A DNA stretch of 64,000 nt, from positions 64,001 through 128,000 of IMG/VR virus record IMGVR_UViG_3300021091_000014; one strand, given 5' to 3'. Below the pieces are notes generated by a model. The model worked only from the letters and a program-made list of their open reading frames with translations, made no database searches and had not been told where the DNA came from. Both the position numbers and the translations under genes were made by a program. Every line of letters starts with the position of its first letter. Position 1 is the stretch's first letter. Source of the DNA: a virus. Below are positions 18,426-28,811 of this stretch, piece by piece.

Positions 18426-21400
18426 ATGCCTTTAGATTCTAATTTAAATGTATCACCATACTTTGATGATTTCGATGAGCAGAAAAACTTTCATCGAGTA
18501 TTGTTTAGACCAGGCGTTGCAGTTCAGGCTCGCGAGCTAACTCAACTTCAAACAATTCTTCAAAATCAAATTGAGAGATTTGGCGATAACATTTATCGCA
18601 CAGGTACGATTATTAAAGGGTGCGCTCTCAACCCAGATTACAGATATAACTATATAAAAATTCTTGATAATCAGGCCGACGGTCAGCCTGTATCAATGGC
18701 TCTTTATTCTAACTCTTTAATTATTCAAGAGTCTTCTAACTTACGGGCTTTTGCCGTTAACTACAAAACCGGTCTTGAATCTCAAGATCCCGATCTTAAT
18801 ACTCTTTATATTAAGTATCAAAATACTGGTACCGGTGGAGAAAAAACTTTTTCAGCGAGTCAAGTAGTAAAAGTATTTAACAGAAATAGAACAATCGAAG
18901 ACATAAATGTTGTTCTTGGCGGCACATTATATTCTAATAATGATACTGTAGTATTTTCTGGAGGTAGCGGAGCCGGCGCATCAGCAGTTCTCACTACCGA
19001 TGCAGGAGGTAAAATTGTAGATGTATCCGTACAATCAAAAGGATCGGGCTATACTACTACACCAAATGTATCGATAACTACCTCTACAGGGTCAGGCGCT
19101 AACATAGCTGCATTAAACTATATTGCTGAGTTAACTGTAGCTGCGGTAACTAATGCTGTGGGTATTGGTGCAGCTGTTAAGACATCAGAAGGTATTATAT
19201 ACCAAAAAGGTAACTTCATAAGAGTAGATGAGGAAGAGATCGTTATTGAAAAATATAGCAATCTTCCAAACAATAAAGTTGTTGGTTTTAGAAGTGCTGA
19301 AACGTTTGTAAATAGCGCTATTGATACATCACTTTTAGATGTTGCTACTGGTACACCTAATTATGCAGCACCAGGTGCTAACAGATTAAAGCTTACACCT
19401 CAGCTTGTTGTAATGAGTAGATCTGAAGCAAAATCTAATAATGAGTTTTTAGCCCTGTTAGAATTTGAAAATGGACGAGTTATTAAAGATAGAACCTACA
19501 CTCAATTTAATTCTTTAAATAGAGAAATTTCAAGAAGAACTTTTGAAGAGAGTGGTAATTACGTTATTAATCCAATGCCTTTGGATACTGAAGATATTAC
19601 ACCTGCTAACACAACCCACTTTAATTTAGTTACCGGAGGTGGTACCTCTTATGTAAACGGTGAGCGCATTCAAATTCTTAATTATGTTAAGACACCTATT
19701 AGAAAAGCTGACGATTCAGCTAACGTAGCTAATCAAACAATTAATACACAATACGGAAGCTATATCTTAGTTAAGCAGCTTTTAGGTTATTTTGAAATTA
19801 AAGAAGGCACTACTTTAAATTTAAGAGAAACAGCTGCCACTGATGTATCAGACAACGCTGGTAGCACACCCACAGCACCAGGTAATCTTGTTGGAACAGC
19901 TAGAGCAAGAGCATTAGAATATCATAGTGGAACAATTGGAACGCCTGACTGTGTATATAGATTATACATTTTTGATATTAGAATGGCTACAGGATTTCCA
20001 TTTAATCGTATTAGGTCCGTTTCAGTTGGATCAACTGCAGTTGCAGATTTAGTTTTAGAAAACAGCCAGGCAATTCTTAAAGATGTAGAGAATGATATTT
20101 TAGTATTTAAAACAGGTACGTTTGCTGTTAAAGAGCTTAATTCTGAAGAATTTATTTTTAGAACTTCTACAAATAGCACCTTTACACTTTCTGGAGATCA
20201 AACCATAACGTTCTCCGGAGGAAATACAGTACCATATGGAACTGGTTCCCTTACCGATATTCAAATAAATGATTTTATAGTTGTACCAAGCGCCACCTTC
20301 AGATACAGCGCTAACAATACCGGTACAGTTGATATGACAAACGGAGAGGCAAACGTATTAGGGACCTCCACAACTTTTACATCAACGTATAAAGTTGGTG
20401 ATTTTATTCAAATAGGTCAATCCGGTAAGCTAGACAGAATTGTAACAATTTTTAGTGATGTAAAATTAGCAGTAGCTAATACTACCGCAGCTTCTTACAC
20501 CGCAAACGCACACTACACAGCTTTTCCTAGAGGGGTACCTATCGACTTTAATAGGGACAGTAGAGATATTTCTATTCCATCTACAACAAGTATTACTGTT
20601 GATATTGGTACAAGTATTAACGTTGCTGCGTCTTTTGTAATGTACCATGATTTAGAAAATTTTGAACCAGCTGTTAGAACCAAAACTGTAAGTAATCCGG
20701 TTTATGTGAAAGTATCATCATCGAGAGTTACTGCAACACCTAATGGACCGTGGTGCCTAGGTCTTCCGGACGTAATAAGTCTTGAGGGAGTTCACGTTGG
20801 CACTTCTTCTACTTATTCCGATACAACAACTAATTATGCTGAACAGTTTGAATTAATTACTGGACAAAAAGATAATTTTTATGGTCTAGCATACCTTCGT
20901 AAGAAGCCGGGATCAACTCTCTCACTTTCAGGTAGTAATAATTTAACTGTTAAACTAAAAGTATTTACCCACTCATCTGGAAAATACTTTTCTACTGAAT
21001 CATACCCTGTTGATGATTCAACTGATCCTTTACCATCTAATAAAATTAGAACAGAATCAATTCCTGTTTTTGTATCTCCAACATCCGGTGAACAATTTCC
21101 TTTAAGAGATAGTGTTGATTTCAGGCCAATTGCTTCTAATACTGCTGTATATTCTAGCACTGTAGGATCAGCCTCTATAGACCCGGATGCTACTGAAACA
21201 ATACCTGCTGGTGAAAAATTCTTTCCATCTCCATCAAGAAGCTTTGAATGTAATATTGAAGCATATATGTCTAGAGTAGATAGAATTGTCTTAGGTAGCG
21301 ATGGTAATATAAGAATTATAGAAGGTCTACCCGCATTCAACCCAGTGGCACCCCCTAAAGAAAATACATCTATGGATTTAGGGCTTATTAGAATTATGCC

Positions 21401-24400
21401 CTACCCTAGCCTCACATCTAGGGCAGCAATGCTTAATAAGAGACCAGATCTTAAGAGTATGATCACCCCACTTCAGACAAGAAGATATACAATGGGGGAT
21501 ATAAGAGACTTAGAAAATAGACTTCAAAGACTAGAGTATTATACATTACTTAATACACTTGAGACTGACGCAGCTACTTTAGCAATTCCAAGCTCAGCTT
21601 GTAATACAGTAGAAGTATTTAAAAACGGGTTTTTTGTTGATTCATTCGATAACTACGTTATTTCTAATATTAATGATGGCGAGTATAAAGCTTTAGTAGA
21701 CACGACGAGATCACGTTTAGTACCACAAGAAGAAATTTTCTCTATTGATTTAAAATTTGATGCTGTTAATAGCGTAAACGCTACGAGAAATGGCGACCTA
21801 GTAACATTAAATTACACCCAAAAAGAACTGCTTAGTCAACCTCTTGCTAATAAAGAAAGAACGCTTGTTGAAGGATTTTGGTCATTTAGAGGCAAGATGA
21901 CTGTTATACCTAGAGTAGATAACTTCTTTGATAGGGAAGTTACCGCTACATCTTCAGTAGAAATAAACATTGCCGATCCTATTAACGCTTTAGTTAATGC
22001 GCAAAATGAAATAAATTCTAGAGTGGCAACGGCTACTTCATTAATTAATACTGTAAATCAAACTTCATCTGCTCAAAGAATGGAAGGTAATTTTTTAAGA
22101 ACAGATTTTTCTGAGAATATTACTGAAACATTTGAAGATGAGTTCACTACAATAACAGTACCTCCCGTACAAACTTCTATAACGCAGATTAATAACCTAC
22201 TTACAAGCGTTCATATTAATCCATATATGCGCGGTCAAAAAATTGGTCTTTATGTTGTTGGTTTAAGACCGGGCGCCCAGCACTATCTATTTTTTGACGG
22301 TGTTGATTTAACGAATGAAGCTGTATCGGCTACTTTAAATACGTTTAGTAACGCCACAATTAATGATTTTGTTCCAAGATACAATAAGGGCTCTTCACCT
22401 GGACTTTTTGCCGATGATAAAGGTAACTTAGGTATTGTTGTATGGATGCCCGCTGATACATTTACCACAGGCGAAAAAGAATTTTTAGTTGTAGACGTCA
22501 GTACTTTAGATTCTGAACAATCAGCAACTTCTAAAGCTACAGGTAAGTTTGCTTCTTTTACAATGTCAGGAGAAGCTACCAATATTACTATTGGAACAAA
22601 ATCATTTGATCTTTCAGAATCTTCTTTTGATACCGATACATTTACACAAACAAGATCTGTTACAACTAATAGGGAATGGACAGAGTTTGAATTTATACCT
22701 CCCAGGGACCCTCTCGCTCAGACATTTTTAGTACAAAAGCAAGCAGGTAGATCTCAATTTGTTATGATTTCTTCTATAGATGTATTTTTCAAGCAAAAAG
22801 ATTCTACAAAAGGAGTCACTTTAGAAATTAGAGAGGTTGATGAAGGAGGATATCCAACTAATCAGGTTTTACCTTTCTCAAGTGTATATAAAACTTCTGC
22901 TGAGGTAAGTACTAGCGCCACTGCTTCCTCTGCTACAACATTTACTTTTCCAGCGCTTGTTACTTTAAAGACTGGCAGAGAATATGCAATTACACTTACA
23001 CCAGATAGCAACTCACCAGAGTATAGAGTGTGGACTGCAATTGCTGGTGTTCCCGATGTTACTAATACTAACCTCATTACTAATTTAACCTGGGGACTTG
23101 GAACACTGTTCTTCTCAACAAGCGGAAGAGCATTTACCGCAGTTCAAAATGAAGACTTAAAATTTACAGTAAGATATGCTGAATTTAATCCAACCACAGG
23201 TACCGTTGAATTAACTAACGGGGATATGGAATTTTTAACAATAAGTGATGTAAGCGGATCTTTTGTTGACGGTGAAGATGTAGCCCAGCTCGGCACATCC
23301 TACCTTAATGTTAACCTTACTACAAATACAACTAGCTACGTTATAAACACTTCTACAAGTCTTACATCTACCCTGGCAGCTAATGATTATGTTTTAGTTG
23401 TATATGGCACTAACAAGCAAGTAGGAACTGCTAACGTTAAAGCTGTTAGCACTACAGTAAGTAATGCCGGCTCAACATCAACCGGATTTACAACAAAGTA
23501 CGCTGTTGGTGATTATATTAATATTGGTACAGAAATAAGATTGGTAACTGCAGTTGCTAGTGATACAAGCCTAACCGTTGACTCAGCATTTAATGCAACT
23601 ATTACAGATAGCAACCATTATTCTGTAGATGAAAAATTTGATATTTTTAGAATAATAAGTGCTAACTCAACTTCTATTACAGTTAATAGACCGCCCGCAT
23701 ATGTTGCAAACACAACAGCTGGAGCAAGTATTCAAAAAGCCGTACACGGTGTTGTCAATTATTATAGTCCAAGCAAAAATACAATTTATTTATCCGACAG
23801 CAATTCAACTAATAGTACATTTAAAGTTGCTCCTAATACCGCTACGTATTTTGCTTATTTGATCGGCGACAGATCTGATGCAGTTGCTAAAGTAACAAGT
23901 ATTAATAATCTTACCGCTACAGGATATACACCTTTAATAAACATATTACAGCTACCAAGCACAACGGTTAGTTTAAGTGCAGAATTAGCAAAAACAGCTG
24001 GAGGTACAGACTCTGCATCTTATGTCTTTGGCGGTAAAAACACATTAAGATTTAACGATACAGCTCTTATTAAAAGTAAGAGTAATGAAATTTCTGGAGT
24101 TGGTATTACTAAGTCATTTAAAGCTACTATTAATTTTGATACTGATAAAGCAGATATTTCTCCAGTACTTGACGTTAATCCTATTAGTATAGCTATTCAA
24201 AAATATAATATTAATAATGATTCTACAAATGAAAACACTCGCTACGGAAGCGCAAGCTCAAAGTATATTTCTAAGAGACTTGAATTAGCAGAAGATCAAG
24301 ACGCAGAAGATATCAAAGTATTTTTAAAAGCTTACAGACCTAGCGGAACTGATATTGAGGTTTATGCTAAGATATTAAACTCCGGAGATAGTGAGTCATT

Positions 24401-24929
24401 TGATGATAAAGACTGGTCAATGTTGCAGATGATAACTTCTTCTACTCTTTACAGCTCTTCTGTAAATGAAAATGATTTAAGAGAGTATGAGTTTACATTT
24501 AGAAGAACCCCAACAACAACAGGTATAAGCGGTAAAGTTACTACTGCGGCTTCAACAACGCTTGAAGGATTTGGTACTACGTTTACTACAGACTTTACCA
24601 CGAGCGATTTAATAAAAATTGTTTACTCTAACACTGAAACAGATTTTGAAATTATTCCTATCGCATCAATCACGGATAATGATACATTGGTTCTCGCTTT
24701 TGCACCATCTGCTTCTAAAATTGGTCCCGGCTACTCTATAGAAAAAGTAACTAAACCAAAAGAAGCTTATAAAAATAATCAAAATGGAAATGTTGTAAGA
24801 TATTTTGATAGCAGCAGAGCCGCACACGACACCTATAAGTTTATGGCAATTAAAATTGTTCTTAAAGCGACAGGCAACTATTTGGTTCCATCCGTTGATG
24901 ATGTAAGAGCTATAGCGATTTCAGTATGA
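18426..24929 (+). CDS. Very large virion structural protein (VrlC/DUF4815-like; baseplate or fibre attachment)
   Basis: N-terminal PYFDDFD..KNF..VLFRPG.AVQARELTQ.Q, APGA.R, RT..ESG.Y, DPLAQTF; 2167 aa. Confidence 0.75.
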   Translation: MPLDSNLNVSPYFDDFDEQKNFHRVLFRPGVAVQARELTQLQTILQNQIERFGDNIYRTGTIIKGCALNPDYRYNYIKILDNQADGQPVSMALYSNSLIIQESSNLRAFAVNYKTGLESQDPDLNTLYIKYQNTGTGGEKTFSASQVVKVFNRNRTIEDINVVLGGTLYSNNDTVVFSGGSGAGASAVLTTDAGGKIVDVSVQSKGSGYTTTPNVSITTSTGSGANIAALNYIAELTVAAVTNAVGIGAAVKTSEGIIYQKGNFIRVDEEEIVIEKYSNLPNNKVVGFRSAETFVNSAIDTSLLDVATGTPNYAAPGANRLKLTPQLVVMSRSEAKSNNEFLALLEFENGRVIKDRTYTQFNSLNREISRRTFEESGNYVINPMPLDTEDITPANTTHFNLVTGGGTSYVNGERIQILNYVKTPIRKADDSANVANQTINTQYGSYILVKQLLGYFEIKEGTTLNLRETAATDVSDNAGSTPTAPGNLVGTARARALEYHSGTIGTPDCVYRLYIFDIRMATGFPFNRIRSVSVGSTAVADLVLENSQAILKDVENDILVFKTGTFAVKELNSEEFIFRTSTNSTFTLSGDQTITFSGGNTVPYGTGSLTDIQINDFIVVPSATFRYSANNTGTVDMTNGEANVLGTSTTFTSTYKVGDFIQIGQSGKLDRIVTIFSDVKLAVANTTAASYTANAHYTAFPRGVPIDFNRDSRDISIPSTTSITVDIGTSINVAASFVMYHDLENFEPAVRTKTVSNPVYVKVSSSRVTATPNGPWCLGLPDVISLEGVHVGTSSTYSDTTTNYAEQFELITGQKDNFYGLAYLRKKPGSTLSLSGSNNLTVKLKVFTHSSGKYFSTESYPVDDSTDPLPSNKIRTESIPVFVSPTSGEQFPLRDSVDFRPIASNTAVYSSTVGSASIDPDATETIPAGEKFFPSPSRSFECNIEAYMSRVDRIVLGSDGNIRIIEGLPAFNPVAPPKENTSMDLGLIRIMPYPSLTSRAAMLNKRPDLKSMITPLQTRRYTMGDIRDLENRLQRLEYYTLLNTLETDAATLAIPSSACNTVEVFKNGFFVDSFDNYVISNINDGEYKALVDTTRSRLVPQEEIFSIDLKFDAVNSVNATRNGDLVTLNYTQKELLSQPLANKERTLVEGFWSFRGKMTVIPRVDNFFDREVTATSSVEINIADPINALVNAQNEINSRVATATSLINTVNQTSSAQRMEGNFLRTDFSENITETFEDEFTTITVPPVQTSITQINNLLTSVHINPYMRGQKIGLYVVGLRPGAQHYLFFDGVDLTNEAVSATLNTFSNATINDFVPRYNKGSSPGLFADDKGNLGIVVWMPADTFTTGEKEFLVVDVSTLDSEQSATSKATGKFASFTMSGEATNITIGTKSFDLSESSFDTDTFTQTRSVTTNREWTEFEFIPPRDPLAQTFLVQKQAGRSQFVMISSIDVFFKQKDSTKGVTLEIREVDEGGYPTNQVLPFSSVYKTSAEVSTSATASSATTFTFPALVTLKTGREYAITLTPDSNSPEYRVWTAIAGVPDVTNTNLITNLTWGLGTLFFSTSGRAFTAVQNEDLKFTVRYAEFNPTTGTVELTNGDMEFLTISDVSGSFVDGEDVAQLGTSYLNVNLTTNTTSYVINTSTSLTSTLAANDYVLVVYGTNKQVGTANVKAVSTTVSNAGSTSTGFTTKYAVGDYINIGTEIRLVTAVASDTSLTVDSAFNATITDSNHYSVDEKFDIFRIISANSTSITVNRPPAYVANTTAGASIQKAVHGVVNYYSPSKNTIYLSDSNSTNSTFKVAPNTATYFAYLIGDRSDAVAKVTSINNLTATGYTPLINILQLPSTTVSLSAELAKTAGGTDSASYVFGGKNTLRFNDTALIKSKSNEISGVGITKSFKATINFDTDKADISPVLDVNPISIAIQKYNINNDSTNENTRYGSASSKYISKRLELAEDQDAEDIKVFLKAYRPSGTDIEVYAKILNSGDSESFDDKDWSMLQMITSSTLYSSSVNENDLREYEFTFRRTPTTTGISGKVTTAASTTLEGFGTTFTTDFTTSDLIKIVYSNTETDFEIIPIASITDNDTLVLAFAPSASKIGPGYSIEKVTKPKEAYKNNQNGNVVRYFDSSRAAHDTYKFMAIKIVLKATGNYLVPSVDDVRAIAISV

Positions 24930-25141
24930 AATTAATAAAGACTCAAAACCCTGACTTTAGTAGAGATCAAAGTAATTTTGCTCTAATAAATACTAACGTA
25001 AATGCTTACAAACAATATAAGCTTCAGAGAAATAATAGAAATCAAATTGCCAAGCAAGAAGAAGAAATAAAAAAACTTACTTCTGATATTGAGCAATTAA
25101 AGGAACTTGTTAAACTTTTAGTAAAAGATAAAAATGGCTAA
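24926..25141 (+). CDS. Small coiled-coil hypothetical protein
   Basis: 71 aa, coupled to both neighbours; RD...A.INT motif. Confidence 0.7.
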   Translation: MKLIKTQNPDFSRDQSNFALINTNVNAYKQYKLQRNNRNQIAKQEEEIKKLTSDIEQLKELVKLLVKDKNG

Positions 25142-25958
25142 AACAGTTGCTAATGTTGCTATTGCAACAGACACATTTGCTGGATGGGTTGGTAAAACAA
25201 ATGTACTTCTCGATGCTTTAACATACGAGATTGTTACTTGTGACGACACTTCAGGAGGAGCTAACACTTCTGGAAATGGTAACGTTATTGGAATTCTTAC
25301 AGCAAATGTTTTTAGCACCCCATTACTAAGAGGGGGAACAGCCGGTAACACAGCTAACATATCCACTCTTACTATCGGTATATCAAATTCGTCAATTTCA
25401 TCAAATGTTATTGTATCAGGGTATACAGCTAATATTATAGCTAATACTCTTAATATAACATCCAATACTAATATTGGATCTGGCACTCAAGACTTGATTG
25501 TTAATGTGTCTGATATAGTAGTAAATGCTGCTTCACTTGATATTACTCTTTCAAGTGATCTAGTAGTTAATTCAAATCTCACAGTAAGCGGCAACGCCAT
25601 AGTAAATAGCTCTCTTACGTTTGTATCGAAGTCTCAAATTTTAGCTAAGACGATTACCTTGGCGTTTCCAGATACAGTAACACAAAATCTTGTTGATAGC
25701 TTTGCTATTGCTGACTTTGTCGGTGCAAAGTACACCGTTAGTGTAACAGATCAAAATAATTCTAATAATAAAGCAATGACAGAGCTGTCAGTAGTATATG
25801 GGTTCTCTAACGCACACATGACAGAATACGGTACAATTTATTCGAATACTCAGTTTGCAACATTTTCTATAAATGCGACCGCAACTCACGTTAGATTGTA
25901 TGCTAACTCTGCCACTTCAAGCGCACAGTTTAAGATTCATAGAGTGTCTTTTGTATAA
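25134..25958 (+). CDS. Virion structural/fibre-associated protein
   Basis: N-terminal TDTF..W..KTN motif, beta-rich repeats, C-terminal AKY...TEYG domain. Confidence 0.6.
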   Translation: MAKTVANVAIATDTFAGWVGKTNVLLDALTYEIVTCDDTSGGANTSGNGNVIGILTANVFSTPLLRGGTAGNTANISTLTIGISNSSISSNVIVSGYTANIIANTLNITSNTNIGSGTQDLIVNVSDIVVNAASLDITLSSDLVVNSNLTVSGNAIVNSSLTFVSKSQILAKTITLAFPDTVTQNLVDSFAIADFVGAKYTVSVTDQNNSNNKAMTELSVVYGFSNAHMTEYGTIYSNTQFATFSINATATHVRLYANSATSSAQFKIHRVSFV

Positions 25959-25970
25959 TAAAGGTTAACA

Positions 25971-27596
25971 ATGCCAGCTAATACCCAATATTTCAGAGTA
26001 GAGTACGGATTAGATGTTAATCTAGATGCCGTTATAGGAAAAGAACTATCTGTAACTAATACAGCTTCTTTTGGTAATAATGTAACTATTCAAGGCGATC
26101 TAGTAGTTAATGGTCAAACAACCTTTAACGACTCCCAATTAGTTGAACTTGGTACCGGACAGGTAGTTTTTGTTTCAGGTGCTCAGGGAGCTCCATCTAC
26201 AGATGCAAGATTAACTGTCAACAGAGGTGCAAGCGCTAATGTAGAAATAAGATGGAATGAGACTCTTGACACATGGCAATTTACAAATAATGGAACTAAT
26301 TACTACCCATTAAAATCTTACTCTGATTTAACTTATCAGTTTAGCACCCTTAACTCAACCAATGTTGATCCAGGATCCGGACTATTAAGATTTAATAACG
26401 GCACCCCCTCTCTAGTTACTCAAATTTCTATTGATAATACTGAGCTTGGAGGAACTGATGTTTCTGCATATATTGATTCTTTAGATGACAGCAACAATAC
26501 AGTAAAAGGATTTTTACTTTTTAGAAGCTCTGTTAATCAAGATCGATTTATTGTATATGAACTTAATTCAATAACTACCCAGACAGGGTATCGTCAGTTT
26601 TCAGTAACACATGTTTCTGGTAGCACATTGTTTACTAATGATGATGTTTTATTTTTAAGCTTTCTTCGTTCAGGAGATAAAGGTGATAAAGGTGAAAAGG
26701 GTGAAAAAGGTCAGAAAGGTGAAAGGGTAAGCTCGGGTAATTTTGATAGCGGCACCAACTCTTTACTATTTACTAATTCTGACGGATCTACTTTTACAGT
26801 GGCAGGTATAAAAGGTGATAAGGGTTCTTCAGGAGAAAAAGGTAATAAAGGCGATACAGGTGCTCAAGGCATTGGGGGTCCAGGAGCACAAGGCGATTTA
26901 GGTCCCGGAGGGCCTCAAGGTAATAAAGGCGATACAGGTGCTAAAGGTGAACCAGGAGGTCCAGGTGGTCCAGGTGTTGCAGGGCCTCAAGGGAATTTGG
27001 GCGCTCAAGGTCTTAAGGGAGATGTCGGCCCTCAAGGTTCTAAGGGAGATAAGGGAGATAAAGGTGCACAAGGCGGACCAGGTCCTGCAGGTCCTCAGGG
27101 ATCTGGCGGTGATAAAGGTAATAACGGTGCTCAAGGGCAACCCGGCCCGGCCGGTACTGTAATTGACTCATCTAGTGATTTAAATATTAGATCTTTAAGA
27201 GTTAATACAGGTGCAGTTTCAATCAATGCAGGAGAAATATTAGCAGCTGGTGATATTACAGCATTCTATTCAGACTTAAGACTTAAAAAGAATATTGAAG
27301 AAATAAAAGATGCCACAAAAAAATTATTAATGCTAACCGGAGTTTATTACTCCCAGAACGAATTAGCAGAAAAGTTTGGTTATAACGACTACAGAAGACA
27401 ACTTGGACTAATAGCTCAAGAAGTACAAAAAATATGCCCTGAAGCTGTTAGACTAGCACCATTTGATTTAGATGAAAACGGAATAAGCAAATCCGGAGAA
27501 AACTATCTTACTATTAAATACGAGAGATTGATTCCTCTTCTCATTCAGTCTATAAAAGAAATTGATAAAAGGGTTAGTGATTTAGAAAATAAGTGA
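25971..27596 (+). CDS. Collagen-like fibre protein (Pro- and Lys-containing Gly-X-Y) with S74 chaperone
   Basis: GDK/GEK/GPQ/GGP triplets at about 26670-27155; YSDLRLKKNI...GLIAQEVQ. Confidence 0.85.
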   Translation: MPANTQYFRVEYGLDVNLDAVIGKELSVTNTASFGNNVTIQGDLVVNGQTTFNDSQLVELGTGQVVFVSGAQGAPSTDARLTVNRGASANVEIRWNETLDTWQFTNNGTNYYPLKSYSDLTYQFSTLNSTNVDPGSGLLRFNNGTPSLVTQISIDNTELGGTDVSAYIDSLDDSNNTVKGFLLFRSSVNQDRFIVYELNSITTQTGYRQFSVTHVSGSTLFTNDDVLFLSFLRSGDKGDKGEKGEKGQKGERVSSGNFDSGTNSLLFTNSDGSTFTVAGIKGDKGSSGEKGNKGDTGAQGIGGPGAQGDLGPGGPQGNKGDTGAKGEPGGPGGPGVAGPQGNLGAQGLKGDVGPQGSKGDKGDKGAQGGPGPAGPQGSGGDKGNNGAQGQPGPAGTVIDSSSDLNIRSLRVNTGAVSINAGEILAAGDITAFYSDLRLKKNIEEIKDATKKLLMLTGVYYSQNELAEKFGYNDYRRQLGLIAQEVQKICPEAVRLAPFDLDENGISKSGENYLTIKYERLIPLLIQSIKEIDKRVSDLENK

Positions 27597-27605
27597 AAGG
27601 TTATT

Positions 27606-28175
27606 ATGAGAAGTTTTTGGGCAGTATGGACCGGTGTTGTTAGTGAGTTGGCTTGTAATAGAATTATAGAAAGAGGACTGGCGTTAAACCATCAAAAAGC
27701 TATTGTTGGATATGATGATAATGCTAGAACTTCTGATAACAGGTCAACTACTATAGGATGGTTTGATCGTAAAATAGATAAAGACATTGCTGATCTTATT
27801 ACTATGTACGCAACTGAAGCAAACAGAGAATTTTTTGATTTTGATATCTCTCATGGCGTTTTTGAAATGCAGTTTAGCATCTATAAAACTGAAGAAAAAG
27901 GCCGATTTGGATGGCATAGTGATACTCAGTATAAGACAAATATAATGACAGATAGAAAACTGTCTTTTGTTTTACAGTTGTCCGAGCCATCAGATTACGA
28001 AGGTGGTGAATTTGAATTTAAAGTGCCCGATGGTTCAACTTTAGACAGAAACAATTTTTTACCTAAAGGTTCAGTGCTAGTTTTTCCATCTATATTTGAA
28101 CATAGAGTAACAGAAATAACTAAAGGTACAAGATATTCTTTAGTGTCCTGGATTGAAGGGCCTAAGTGGAGATAG
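27606..28175 (+). CDS. 2OG-Fe(II) oxygenase (prolyl-hydroxylase/PKHD-like)
   Basis: WHSD, RKLS, YEGGEF, VFPS..EHRVT..TKG.RYSLV.W (HxD...H...R). Confidence 0.9.
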   Translation: MRSFWAVWTGVVSELACNRIIERGLALNHQKAIVGYDDNARTSDNRSTTIGWFDRKIDKDIADLITMYATEANREFFDFDISHGVFEMQFSIYKTEEKGRFGWHSDTQYKTNIMTDRKLSFVLQLSEPSDYEGGEFEFKVPDGSTLDRNNFLPKGSVLVFPSIFEHRVTEITKGTRYSLVSWIEGPKWR

Positions 28176-28188
28176 TTTTTTTTAATAT

Positions 28189-28196
28189 TATAAATA
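28189..28196 (+). promoter_or_regulatory. T4 late promoter TATAAATA
   Basis: Exact consensus, intergenic. Confidence 0.8.
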
Positions 28197-28219
28197 CTAA
28201 TAATAATATTTAAGCGGCT

Positions 28220-28543
28220 ATGGCTACTAAAGTAAACTTTTTAATAGATCAAGGTACCACGTTTGAAACGTCGATTAACCTAAATGATGATGACGGTAAC
28301 CCTATTGATTTAACCGGGTTCACTGTTGCCGGTCAGTTGAGAAAGCATTATACATCATCTAATTATATTCAGTTTAATGCTAATTTAGCGCTCGGTGAAT
28401 TAAACCTAGCATTATCCGCTAATACAACTGATGCGTTAACTCCTGGTAGATATGTTTATGATGTAGAATTAACAGATACTAATGGATTAATAACAAGGTT
28501 GTTAGAAGGTATTATTACTGTAACTCCGCAGGTAACGAGATAG
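28220..28543 (+). CDS. Small Ig-like virion protein (BppU-N-like)
   Basis: IDQG.TF, DLTG.T...Q.RK, GRY.YDV, R..EG...V.P.VT. Confidence 0.65.
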   Translation: MATKVNFLIDQGTTFETSINLNDDDGNPIDLTGFTVAGQLRKHYTSSNYIQFNANLALGELNLALSANTTDALTPGRYVYDVELTDTNGLITRLLEGIITVTPQVTR

Positions 28544-28547
28544 AACA

Positions 28548-28811
28548 ATGCCAATTAATCAGTCAGCTCTTTCGTTAAACGTAAGGTTAAATCTTGCTAA
28601 CACAAAAATTACTACTACCCCTGCGCAGCCAGTAACGTTAAAATCGCAATTTAAAACAATAAGTACACTTAATGAATTGACAGACGTTGTGGAAACGGCG
28701 CCAGAATCTGGCCAGACGTTAGTTTACGATGCTACAGTTGATAAATATATAGTAAAGAAACTTACAACAGCAGACTTAGACTTAACGTCCTTGGACGGGG
28801 GAACCTTTTAA
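28548..28811 (+). CDS. Small fibre-associated protein
   Basis: L..L.DV......GQ.LVYD motif; ends LDGGTF. Confidence 0.6.
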   Translation: MPINQSALSLNVRLNLANTKITTTPAQPVTLKSQFKTISTLNELTDVVETAPESGQTLVYDATVDKYIVKKLTTADLDLTSLDGGTF

